Source of the DNA: an uncultured Methanosarcinaceae archaeon
GTDB lineage: Archaea; Halobacteriota; Methanosarcinia; Methanosarcinales; Methanosarcinaceae
Reading direction: 5' to 3'
Assembly (NCBI GenBank): GCA_963727895.1
Contig: CAVSHT010000005.1
Coordinates: 288,001-352,000 of the forward strand
Length of the DNA stretch: 64,000 bases
The notes below the pieces were generated by a model that made no database searches, was not told the origin of the DNA, and worked only from the letters and a program-made list of their open reading frames with translations. Positions 33,540 through 44,030 of the stretch are shown here, one piece after another. The position numbers and the translations under genes were made by a program. Position 1 is the stretch's first letter, and the number at the start of each line of letters is the position of its first letter.

Positions 33540-34494
33540 CTTCTGAACATATAAAGTGTCCTCTATGCGGGTACAAATATTACACAGATGTAGAAAAAAT
33601 TGATGAAGATGGGGAAACTGTTGCAGTACGGTTAGGTTTTTCGGATATTAAAAAATGGCATTGGTACACAAAAATAGATATATATGCTTATAACATATAT
33701 TTCTGCATGAACTGCCAAAATACAATAGTTCTAATCACAAAAAAAATGATATAGTTGGTGGTCGTCAACGGTACAAATGCTCTGATTGTGGCTATAACTA
33801 TACAGTAGAGCTAAAATCAACTGCTTTTTCCGCTTCTGTAAAAAGACAGGCTTTACAACTCTATCTTGAAGGATTGGGCTTTCGCTCAATAGGAAGAGTT
33901 TTAGGGGTGAGTCATGTTTCTGTCCAAAGATGGATAAAGAAATTTGGTCAGGAGTTAGAGAACCTAAAAAGTGAAAATGAGATATCTATTGTTGAAATGG
34001 ATGAGATGCACACTTACATCGGTAACAAAAAAAAATATTGCTGGATCTGGATTGCTGTTGATAGAGTTGGGAAAAAGTTCATCAACTGCTCTTTTGGCAG
34101 CAGAGGAACGGAAACTGGAAAACTACTCTGGGAAAAAGTGAAGAAAAAAGAGATTGGAGAAGTGATGACAGATCACTGGAGGGCATATGCAGAGTTTCTT
34201 CCAGAAACTATTCATACTCAATCAAAAGCAGAAACGTATACTGTTGAAGGAGATATAACAGCATATTGAGGCATTTTCTAGCAAGGTTGAGAAAAAAGAC
34301 AAAGTGTTATAAAAAAGTCTTGAAATGCTAAAGTACTCGGTTATTCTATTGATGAGATAAAGAAATAAAGAACTAGAGATATTTAAGTAACAATGCCTAA
34401 AAAAGCATTCAGCCAAAAAACTCCCAAAAGCCTATGTATAGATCTTGCGTGTCCAAATTGTAAAAAAGCATTCGAGTGGGAAGTAAAGGTATGA
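33536..34494 (+). pseudogene. 69-aa double-CxxC zinc-ribbon protein split by IS1
   Basis: Removing IS1 33657..34397 and one TSD copy restores MTSEHIKCPLCGYKYYTDVEKIDEDGETVAVRLGFSDIKKAFSQKTPKSLCIDLACPNCKKAFEWEVKV*; ATGA overlaps at both ends. Confidence 0.82.
33657..34397 (+). mobile_element. IS1-family element
   Basis: GGCATTGG...CAATGCC; near-TSD TAAAAAAT/TAAAAAAG. Confidence 0.92.
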
Positions 34495-34948
34495 CTGAAG
34501 GAGAAATTGAAAGCGGGGCTGGTGAAGAAGAGATTCCTTTTGTCTCCGCCGAGCCCAATCCTTTCTGGAAGAAAAACGCTGAAAAACTTGTTGGGGAATC
34601 TATTTCGGCTGTAGAAGACACAGCAAAACAGTTTGTTGTCGTCACAGGGCTCCTTCAGGGAATTTATTTTCATGCTATTGCATTTTCAGATATGAAGGAT
34701 CAAAAGGGTATTCTTTTCTGATTTATCTGGCTCCGCTTATTTTGTGGTTACTGAGTCTGGTTTTTGCGGTAATGGTACTTCTCAGAAAAAGGTATAAGAT
34801 TAACATAAATTCCACCAGCAATTCAAAGAAAATATTCGAGGATATGGTGAAAATTAAGTACAGGTACATTCGGATTTCAGGTTTTTTCCTGATTATTAGT
34901 TTTGTGGCTCTCATTATTGCTTTTTTGCATTATTTCAGCATATTTTAA
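34491..34948 (+). pseudogene. ~152-aa three-TM membrane protein with one frameshift near 34715
   Basis: ORFs 34476..34721 and 34742..34948 join as ...EDTAKQFVVVTGLLQGIYFHAIAF...LIYLAPLILWLLSLVFAVMVL...KYRYIRISGFFLIISFVALIIAFL. Confidence 0.75.
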
Positions 34949-35086
34949 TTCTTTTCCGATGTTTGATTCTTTTCTTCTACTGATGGTTTCAGAAAAATAT
35001 ATTTAGTATGTGTTTTAATTATCTGAAAGCCTGTTTGCGAACAAATAAATATACAAAACCTTTTACAGGTAGCCTAAGAGATAAAA

Positions 35087-36412
35087 ATGACTGAACTTAA
35101 GAAAACGATTTCCTTCAGGCGGGGCATGGGGCTTGCAATCTGCATGCTTATAGGCACAGGGATTCTGGCGCTGCCGGGCCTGGCACTTGATGCAGGCAAT
35201 GTTTATGAAGCAATCCTCGGCTGGTTTCTCATAGCAATTGTCGCAGTCCCTCTTATCGAAGTCTGCTCCAGCCTTGGCCTTAAATTTCCTTCAACAGCCG
35301 GGCTTGCAGGTTATGCTGAAAAGGCTGTTGGTCCCTGGGGAGGATATGCAGTTTCCTATCTTGTGGGAGGATCTTTCTTTTTCGGGCTTCCTGCGGTTGC
35401 TCTTATAGGCAGCGAATATATGAGGCAGCTTTTTCAGCTATCAGATGCAGGAACAGTCTTTTTCGCTTTTCTGCTTGTAACCCTGATGTTCCTTTCTAAC
35501 ATAGCAGGAATGAGAGTTATTTCCATGATCAATTACGCATCTCTGGCTGTCCTTTTTCTGCTAATAGGCCTGCTCATTTCTTTTAATCTTGATTTTATGG
35601 GCTCAGGCATCGGGATTGCCAGCGAAGCTCTTAGCGGTAACGTGCATATAGACCTGCATAACATCTGGAAAGTTGCAGCCCTCCTTTTCTGGGCTTTTAT
35701 TGGTTGGGAAAACCTTTCTTTTTCCCTGGGGGAAATAAAAGACCCTGAAAAAAATATACCTCGCCTTTACTGGCTGAGTTTTGCCCTTGTGACTTCTATC
35801 TACCTTTTGCTTGCTCTTATCAGCACTGGAGCCAGTATTTCAGGTGCTTCCATTCAGGGTGCAGCCGGACTTTCCAGCCTCGTACGATTTACTCCCAAAG
35901 GAAATCTTCTCATCTGGCTTATGATAGTAGTTATTGCAGCAAACGCCTGTTCCTGGAACTTTACTGCAAGCCGCCTGCTTTATGCCGGAGGCAGGACAGG
36001 AATTTTTCCTGAGATTTTCGGAAAGCTTTCAAAAAAGAATATTCCTATGTCCAGCCTGATTGGGCTATATATACTTTCAATATTCCTAATTATTGGAAGT
36101 TATCTCTTCAAAATTCCGGTATCAACCATGATGTTGTTCGTAAGCCAGAACTACGTTTTTATTTATGCCTTTATCATAATCGCTTACTGGAAAAGTGAAA
36201 CTTGCTGGAATAAATGGATTTTTTCAGCTCTTTCACTTGTATCCCTTAGCTTTTTGATCTCAGGGTTTACATGGAAAATCATTTATCCAATCTTTTTGAT
36301 AGGATTTGGTTATTTCAGGTATCTTAAGAGTAATAATAAAATTTATGATTCCAGAGGTTCTGCATCAAAAATATCTGCATCCATAAATACTGATTCCAGA
36401 AATCAAATATAG
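35087..36412 (+). CDS. APC-family amino acid permease
   Basis: MLIGTGILALP, FWAFIGWE, EIKDPEKNIPR, SRLLYA. Confidence 0.88.
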   Translation: MTELKKTISFRRGMGLAICMLIGTGILALPGLALDAGNVYEAILGWFLIAIVAVPLIEVCSSLGLKFPSTAGLAGYAEKAVGPWGGYAVSYLVGGSFFFGLPAVALIGSEYMRQLFQLSDAGTVFFAFLLVTLMFLSNIAGMRVISMINYASLAVLFLLIGLLISFNLDFMGSGIGIASEALSGNVHIDLHNIWKVAALLFWAFIGWENLSFSLGEIKDPEKNIPRLYWLSFALVTSIYLLLALISTGASISGASIQGAAGLSSLVRFTPKGNLLIWLMIVVIAANACSWNFTASRLLYAGGRTGIFPEIFGKLSKKNIPMSSLIGLYILSIFLIIGSYLFKIPVSTMMLFVSQNYVFIYAFIIIAYWKSETCWNKWIFSALSLVSLSFLISGFTWKIIYPIFLIGFGYFRYLKSNNKIYDSRGSASKISASINTDSRNQI

Positions 36413-36587
36413 GGAACGAAAATCTCATGCCTTGAAGATAACCAGGAAATTTCTTCGCTTATCAAACAGTAATCTAAAAATTTTTAAACAAGTATTGCTA
36501 TGTTATATGTATTCTCAAGTAATATGTATTTTTAAATACTAAAAAAATTTACTTGCAATGTTTTAAAGCCTGAAGGAAACTGGTCAT

Positions 36588-36989
36588 ATGTTATTGATAA
36601 GTGTTAAAGACTCACCTGGAAAAGGCAGGGGTGTATTTTCACAGCGGAATTTTAAAAGAGGCGAAGTAATAGAAACCTGTCCTGTCATAGTTTTACCCCC
36701 TGAAGAAATAGACTCACTTGAACTTACCCAGCTCTACAATTATTATTTTGCCTGGGGTCCAGACTCAAAAGATGCAGCTATCGCGCTTGGCTATGGATCA
36801 CTTTATAATCACTCTTACAGCCCAAATGCAAGATACTATAAGGACTTCGAAAACAGCCTTTTAAGATACATCTGTATAAGAGATATTCAAGAAAACGAAG
36901 AAATAACAATAAACTATAACTGTGATCCTGAGGACAAAACCCCTGTTTGGTTTGATCTTGCAAGCCAAGAAGATCTTGAAATTTACTGA
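36588..36989 (+). CDS. SET-domain protein lysine methyltransferase
   Basis: GKGRGVF, YNHSYSPNA, EEITINY. Confidence 0.9.
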   Translation: MLLISVKDSPGKGRGVFSQRNFKRGEVIETCPVIVLPPEEIDSLELTQLYNYYFAWGPDSKDAAIALGYGSLYNHSYSPNARYYKDFENSLLRYICIRDIQENEEITINYNCDPEDKTPVWFDLASQEDLEIY

Positions 36990-37000
36990 TTGAAATTTGA

Positions 37001-37062
37001 TGATATTGAAGTTTACTGATATTGAAGTTTACTGATATTGAAGTTTACTGATATTGAAATTT
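37001..37062. repeat. 16-bp tandem repeat (TGATATTGAAGTTTAC) x3 plus degenerate copies
   Basis: Read directly; derived from the SET gene 3' end. Confidence 0.9.
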
Positions 37063-37358
37063 AACGATATGAAATTTGATGAAAAGCATAATATTGGATG
37101 TAATCAATGATTGTTCTTAAAAAATAGAGATTTTATTCTTCTAAATTTTTTAGGTTTTTATATTTTGTGTTCATGAGGTGAGAAGTTTATATTTTCGTCA
37201 AAGTTTATATTTTCTTCAGCTACTTAGCTTGAAAAGCTAATTTGTAGATTAACTTGTAATCAAACTTACAATAACCCTATTAAGCTAGCCTGTGAAATTT
37301 AATTTTGGATCAAATCAAAGCTAAAATTTCTTCTGAAAATTAGATACAAGGCATAAAA

Positions 37359-38165
37359 ATGGAAAACACATATCTTACAGTTTTTCGGGTAAGTCTATTC
37401 GAAACCTTTTATATTACAGGCTCTTTGATTCTTGTTGGTCTAGTACTTGGCCTTCTCGAAAACAGGGCCAATTTCTATATCCAGAGAACTTTTGGTAGGA
37501 AAGGAATTCTGGTTACTGCCTGGATAGGAACACCAATTCATGAACTCGGTCACATGCTGATGTGTTACTTATTTAGACATGATATTAATAAATTCAAGCT
37601 ATTTTCCCTCAAATCAAAAGACGGAACTCTCGGATACGTCAATCATAGCTGGAACCCGAAAAGTCTCTACCCGAACATAGGAAACTTTTTCATAGGTATG
37701 GGTCCAATTTTCAGCGGAACTGCAGCTCTTATAATCGGGATGCATCTGCTGCTGCCAAACTCTTTTACCAGGGTTTCGGGTTATCTTTCCCTTGAGACAA
37801 TCCAGCCAGATCAGTATATATTGACAAAAATCTTCACTCTTACCGCGGGTCTCTTTGAAAGCATATTTTCGGTACAAAACCTGCTTTCTCTCAATTTATG
37901 GATTTATTTTGCCCTGGCAATAGCCATTTCTTCGCATATAGCCCTTAGCAAAGAAGACCTTAAAGGAGCAAGCAGAGGCTTGATTACGATATTCACTCTT
38001 ATTTTGCTGGTAAATTTGGTTGCTCTTGTCTTCAATGCTGATATATCCAGCCTTTTTTCAAAGATTCTAGGACTTAATGTATATATCCTGGCTTTTTCAA
38101 TGATTTCTATTGTTTTTTCATTAATCAGGCTGGTGTTAAGTGTTCTTGCGTATTATTTAGTCTAA
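37359..38165 (+). CDS. Membrane protein with HExxH motif (M50-like metalloprotease)
   Basis: GTPIHELGH, LGYVNH, IGMGP; multiple TM segments. Confidence 0.7.
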   Translation: MENTYLTVFRVSLFETFYITGSLILVGLVLGLLENRANFYIQRTFGRKGILVTAWIGTPIHELGHMLMCYLFRHDINKFKLFSLKSKDGTLGYVNHSWNPKSLYPNIGNFFIGMGPIFSGTAALIIGMHLLLPNSFTRVSGYLSLETIQPDQYILTKIFTLTAGLFESIFSVQNLLSLNLWIYFALAIAISSHIALSKEDLKGASRGLITIFTLILLVNLVALVFNADISSLFSKILGLNVYILAFSMISIVFSLIRLVLSVLAYYLV

Positions 38166-38339
38166 AAATCTTACCTAATTTTTTCCTTAATTCTCTGAAA
38201 TACAGTAAGTTCCTTTTATTTTTTCATTATACTTTCAACAAATTGTACATGTCTAGTTTTGATCCGATCAATTAAATACTTCCTTGTTTATATCAACTGA
38301 GTGGGGGTAAGGTAGCTTTTCAAAAATTGTTGTAGAAAA

Positions 38340-38592
38340 CGAAATTAATGGCAAACTTAAATTCTCTGAATTTCAATCCCACTGAAGATCCAGATTGATT
38401 ATAAGGATTCAAAAGGGAAAAGGAAACTGTTACTCAAGAAATTAAACTCGAAGCTGCAAAAGTTGGAAATATGACTACTATAGGAAGTCTGGGATGTCCA
38501 AGTAGTCACAGTGGAATTGGTTTATATATATATTATATTGTGGTAATACACTTGCAGACCGGAGTATTTGTCTACAAATAAATGAAAAAATA
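38340..38592 (+). pseudogene. C-terminal remnant of COG1361 S-layer-family protein
   Basis: PLKIQIDYKDSKG..ETVTQEIKL followed by a degraded TM anchor, upstream of an ABC permease as in methanogen operons. Confidence 0.4.
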
Positions 38593-38695
38593 AAGACAAA
38601 AAGAAAATAGTCTGCACATAAAATGTCTGAAAATTATAAAATGTCTGACAATTAGACAGTATAAAAAACATATCAATACTTAATGGAGATGTAGG

Positions 38696-39934
38696 ATGAG
38701 GAACTCTACTTACCTGAAAATGGGTCTAAACATGCTTATGCACAGTAAACTGCGAAGCTGGCTGACCATTATCGGGATAATTATAGGAGTAGGATCTGTA
38801 ATTGGCATTGTCTCTTTAGGAGATGCTATGCAGGCAAACGTGCAAAGCAAACTATCTGAACTGGATCTGACAAAAATAACCATAACCCCGGGATATACCA
38901 AAGCGTCATCCAATATGCATATGCATGGTCCTTCTGGGGGTGGTAGTGGTACATCAACAGATGTAGAATTAACAAAGGATGATATTGACGCACTTCGAGG
39001 CCTGGATAGTATACAGTACATAGAATGAGAAATTTCAGGTAGTGAAGCGGTCAAATATATAGGACAAAACGCAACCCTTCCAATTACAGGTGTCGACCCT
39101 CAGAAATGGAAATATATGACTACTCTAAAAACAAAATCAGGAAGATTGTTAGAACCAGCTGATAAGAATGTTGCAGTCATAGGAAGTGACGTTGCTAGTG
39201 GAATTTATGATCATGACATTGGAATCAATCAAATAATAACAATAAACAACAAATCAGTTCGTGTTGTTGGAATCTTACCAGAAGAAGGCATGGGAGGCGA
39301 TTCAATAATCTACATGCCTATAACTGGAGCAGTGGACATTATTACAGATGCGAAAAAAAATGTTTATGACAGCATTTCTGTAAAAGCCAGGAATGAAGAT
39401 CAGGTAGATGGACTGGTAGAAGATATCGAAAAAAAGCTCATGGTCTCAAGACATATTAACAAAGAAGATGACAGGGACTTTACCGTAACAGCGTCAAAAT
39501 CGCTGGCATATTCGGTTACTGAAATGATGAGTTCTATGGCTCTTTTCCTTGGTGCAATTGCAGCTGTGTCCCTGCTTGTAGGAGCTGTTGGGATTGCAAA
39601 CACCATGTTTACTTCTGTCCTTGAAAAAACAAAAGAAATAGGGACTATGAAAGCCATAGGTGCCAAAAACAGGGATATACTCATGATTTTCCTTTTTAAT
39701 TCTGCAATGGTAGGTCTTGTTGGTGGTATCCTTGGAGTAATTCTTGGAGCCTTTGTTTCATCCGGTCTCCAAGCAATGATGGGAAACAATATGACTGGAG
39801 GGAGCAGTGGATTAAGTATTCCCCTTATGTTTGAAGGACTTAGCCTTGCCGTTTTGATAGGAGTTATCTCTGGGGTTGTCCCTGCATACAGGGCTTCAAA
39901 ATTAAAGCCGGTTGACGCATTAAGGTACGAATAA
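38696..39934 (+). pseudogene. MacB/FtsX-type ABC permease with in-frame TGA at 39026
   Basis: KLRSWLTIIGIIIGV; GIANTMFTSVLEKTKEIGTMKAIGA; PVDALRYE; both ORFs share one frame. Confidence 0.9.
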
Positions 39935-39942
39935 AGAAAAAG

Positions 39943-39972
39943 AAAGGGTTAATAACCCTTTTTTATTTTTTT
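39943..39972 (+). terminator. Hairpin plus T-tract terminator
   Basis: AAAGGGTT/AACCCTTT stem followed by T-run just after the permease stop. Confidence 0.6.
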
Positions 39973-39984
39973 CATTGGAATTTG

Positions 39985-40056
39985 TGGCTCTCTATTTGGC
40001 TCTCTATTTGGCTCTCTATTTGGCTCTCTATTTGGCTCTCTATTTGGCTCTCTATT
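39985..40056. repeat. 12-bp tandem repeat x6 (TGGCTCTCTATT)
   Basis: Read directly; degenerate copies continue to about 40090. Confidence 0.95.
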
Positions 40057-40147
40057 TGATTCTTTATTCGGTTCTCTATTAGGTTCTCTGTTCTATAGAT
40101 TTTATTAGCTGTGAGGTTTCTCATTTAACAATCAAATAACATTTTCT

Positions 40148-41807
40148 CTATTTAGCTCTCTGTTCTATCGATTTGATTAGCCTTACAAATCCTCCATTGC
40201 CTTCAGAATCCAGTTCCATTTCTACAAAATAAACGTAATCTGAAATTTCTGAAAGCCCACCAGTCTCACTGCTGCCTACGATCAACGAGTAAACTTTTGC
40301 GTTATACTTCTTTTTTGCTTCTTCCCAGCGAGCCAGTACCAGTTCTTCGGAGACTTCGGACTTGCCATCGGTTATAAAGAGCAGGTCAACTCCCTGAAAG
40401 TCTTTTTCTTTCAGGGACTTCAAACCTGAAGCAAGGACAGTATTGAAGTCCGTCCCTCCACCAAAGGTATATAAAAGGAAATTCAGGAATTTTTCGGACA
40501 TTTTTTTTCGGCTGCTGAGCTCGATTTCCAGATGCTGGCTTGTCGAGGCAAAAAGGATAACTTTCATGTCTCTGCTGGGAAAGCATTCGTTTTGCCATAG
40601 CCAGTACTGCAGACTTGGCAAGAGTTTGAGGAGCTCCGTGCATTGACCCGGAAGTGTCAACAAGTACAATCATCGGGCCTTTAGGCTTTATTCGAGGAGG
40701 GCCTGTGTAATATTTTCCAAGTAATTGGTAACTAAGGAGCTTTCCTTCAAGCATGTCTGCATAGAATTTCTTTTTCAGGGAAGGGTTAAGGAGTTTTGCG
40801 GCTTCAATAGGTAGTAGATTATTAATAGAATCAGAGAAACGTACTGTTTGAATTTGATTTTTTCCAAAAGGTGAATAATGTATGCGATTCGATGGTGTGT
40901 CAAACTCTCGTCTGCCGATAAAATCTACAATTTTTCTCAGTTCAGGACTTTTTTCAAAAAAGGTTGAATAGCTTTTAAGCGTTTTAAGCTGTACATAAAA
41001 AGGCTCTTTTTTAAGCTCTTTTACTGAATAGCTCCAGTTGCGCTGGGGAAAAAGCAGGGCAAGTGTATCAAAAAGCTCCAGATTTTCTTCCATTTCAGAA
41101 ACGAATTCATTTATTCTTCGATATAGCTCACTCATTATTCATTCCAGAAATTCCTGGTATCCTTCCTTCTGCATGAAAGCCAGAACATTTTCCTGAAGAT
41201 TAAATTCTTCAGAATTTCCCATTTCCGAGTCCCTTCGGCCTGAAAACACCAAAGGTGTTTTATTTGCCCATATGAGAAGAGTTTCTTTCAGGATTTCTTC
41301 AAATTGCTTGAGAATTTCATCCATTCTGCCATCAAGTTCTTTAAGAAATTCTGTACCTGAAACGCCAGTTGATTCTGAAAAACGCTCCAGAATCTCGTAA
41401 ATAAGAGGCAGGAAAATTTTCAAACCTGCAATTCCGGCTCCCCTGCTTTTTTTTGCAATTTTTTGGAGTCTAGGCCAAGGTTTTGAATTTCTCAAGGTGA
41501 GAAGAACCGGATAAAAAGCTCCAAAAGTCTCTATAAACCTTTCAGGATCTTTTATTTCATAAGGCTGTCCAAATAGAATCTCAAAAGTAAGAATTTCGGC
41601 TATTTTTTCTCGCATAGGACGGGGAATAGTTCGAGGAAAGGCTACTGTGCTCCTGAGGTCTCGTTGCAGTACAGATGCAGTCTGATTCTGGAGAATAAAC
41701 AAATCCCGCAAGTTTTTATTATTCAGGCTTTTATTTTCCGAAAAAAAGGAGTAGCTTTCAGAGGGAGCTGTACCTTGATTATTATGAAAATTCTCAGAGC
41801 CTTCCAT
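40148..41807 (-). pseudogene. VWA-domain protein (ViaA-like), nonsense TGA at 41139 and frameshift near 40570
   Basis: MIDAS motif VDTSGSMHG, FGGGTDF, LLFITDG. Confidence 0.85.
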
Positions 41808-41962
41808 TTCAAAATCTCATTAAATTATATGATTTAGAATTTCTTGACTTGAAATGACTTAGTTTGATAAACTACTTGGTTTGAAGTTATCTAATAATTA
41901 TTCTTTATCTTAGATTATCTAAGCTTTAATCGGGAGCCAATCCCTTTCATAAAACTATTGAC

Positions 41963-42820
41963 GGTTCCGTTGCAAAAAATTTCAGAATCAGCACGTAAAT
42001 CTACAGACAATGAACAAAAGTTAAAATATTCAAAAAGATGTGTCAATATTATAGAACTATTCCAAATAATTGATTAATATATTTAGCTTCATTAAGACCA
42101 GAGTAATTTAGATTCTTGACTTGTCCTTTTTTAATCATATTCATCGCTTCAATTCCTTTTAAAGTTTTAATGGCTGTATGAAAAGACTGAAATCCTAACA
42201 TTGGATTAACTATTCGTTTAATGGATCTATGATCTTGTTCTATAATGTTATTCAAATACTTGATTTGTCGAATGCCTACGTTTATAGGTAGTATTTTATC
42301 ATTTTTCAGTTTATTTATAGCAGGTGGATAAGCTGGATTTTTATCAACTGTGATTACTCTTGGAATTTGATCATGATTAGAATTCAGAGCTTTCTTAAAG
42401 AAACGTTTTGCTGCTTTTTGGTCTCGTTTTGCACTTAACATGAAATCAATTGTATCTCCATTTGAGTCAACTGCTCGGTAAAAATATTTCCATTTACCTT
42501 TAACTCTGATGTAAGTTTCATCAACTCTCCAAGAGTCGTTTGTTGGTCTTAAATATCTACGTACCTTCTTTTCGATTTCAGGAGAGTATTGATGTACCCA
42601 TCTCATAATATGGTTGTATGGTTGACTATTACTTCCCTTTCTGCCATCATTTCCTTTAAATTTCGATAACTTAATGGATATTTTAAGTACCATCTAACAT
42701 TCAATAAAATAATTTCACCCACAAAATGCTTCCATTTAAAGGGATTAGATAGCATGTCATTATCCTTTACTTCCCTTTTATTTGATTATATCCTTAACAG
42801 ATATTTTTTGCAACGGAACC
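41963..42820 (-). mobile_element. IS6-family element, copy 1
   Basis: TIR GGTTCCGTTGCAAAAAAT; WRVDETYIRVKGKW, DK.PAY, NNIIEQDHR; no TSD. Confidence 0.95.
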
Positions 42821-42906
42821 TGTTGTTTTCTTAGTTTAAAAAGTAATACATATTCCAAAACAAACAGGTAACCTGATGTAAATAGAATCAAAACTCATAT
42901 TAAATT

Positions 42907-43710
42907 TCATAATATATGCTTCAAAATAATATCATTAACCATACAGTCTTTTTTTTGATAATACCTTTTTGCATGTTCCACAAGCAGGGCATGATACTCC
43001 TGATAAGCAGCCAGATCTTTAGGTAAATTGTCCTCAAACAGGGCTTTGATTTCATTATAAGTTGTTTTGTCATTAGCAAGGTTCAAGTTTGTTACTATTC
43101 TTTTAGTATAAGCATCAACAACAAAAGAAGGTTGCTTAAATGCATATAACAGAATCGAATCTGCAGTCTCAGGACCTATGCCTTTTAAAGAAAGGAGTTC
43201 TTCTCGCAAAGGTATTCGAGCTCCGAGTTTTAAAAACCAGTTGGCAAGAATTTTTAAACGCGTTGATTTCTGGTTATAATGGCCTGCAGGCCTGATAACT
43301 TCTTTTAAAGTTTCCATATCAAGCGTGAGGATATATTCAGGAGAAAGAGAATGTATCTGTTTAAGGTTTAAGAGAGCCTTTTCAACCTGCATCCAGCTTG
43401 TGTTCTGAGTAAGCAAAGCTCCACAGATAACCTCAAATTGCTGGTTCCTGGTTTGCGGGTAGGTATAATCAGAAGGGTGATATCCCTGGATCGAGCCTGT
43501 TTTTGTAGGGTTTTTTCCTTCAGCTTCATGAAGTTCGGTTAAAGGCCACCAGCCCTGAGGGCCATAAAGAACAAAAAGATGGTTATAGATTCTTCTGATA
43601 GCAGGCTCATTGCCCGTCTCCCGTGAAATTATACTTACTTCAAGGTCTGTTTTTTCGGCGAATCTTGGATCTATTTTTTCGGTATCGAAATCTTCAATGT
43701 TATTTTTCAT
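42907..43710 (-). CDS. Endonuclease III-like HhH-GPD DNA glycosylase
   Basis: GALLTQNTSW, LLSLKGIGPETADSILLYA, VVDAYT, EYHALLVEH. Confidence 0.88.
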   Translation of the reverse strand: MKNNIEDFDTEKIDPRFAEKTDLEVSIISRETGNEPAIRRIYNHLFVLYGPQGWWPLTELHEAEGKNPTKTGSIQGYHPSDYTYPQTRNQQFEVICGALLTQNTSWMQVEKALLNLKQIHSLSPEYILTLDMETLKEVIRPAGHYNQKSTRLKILANWFLKLGARIPLREELLSLKGIGPETADSILLYAFKQPSFVVDAYTKRIVTNLNLANDKTTYNEIKALFEDNLPKDLAAYQEYHALLVEHAKRYYQKKDCMVNDIILKHIL

Positions 43711-44030
43711 TTCATCATTCTTATAGCTAAGAAATTATTTAAAGCTGTCATGTTCTATTTTTTACAGGATATTATATAGATATACTAATATTACCAAGGT
43801 CTTTCATACACCATTTAATTGTGTTAATTATAAAAGTCTTTGAAGGGAGACTAATTCTCAAGAAGCTAACTTTAGAGAAGGCTTAGTTCTAAAAACTGCT
43901 CTTAAAGAAATTACCTTAGAAAAGGTAAAATCGAAATTTTAAGTATTTTTCGAAACTTGTGGAGGGCATTTAATGTTAACTCTCGAGGTAACAACATTGA
44001 TAATTAAAAATATATGATAGGCTTTAGAAA

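Noticed and set aside
33536..33754. 72-aa ORF as given in the ORF track
   Set aside because: Residues after DIKK come from IS1; the real C-terminus lies at 34398-34494
2893..40056. Short direct-repeat arrays as CRISPR
   Set aside because: Units are contiguous with no unique spacers, and no cas genes are present
4371..41141. In-frame stops as pyrrolysine or selenocysteine recoding
   Set aside because: The stops are TAA or TGA, not TAG; 32733 aligns to TGG (Trp) in the paralogue; they co-occur with frameshifts, so decay is the simpler explanation
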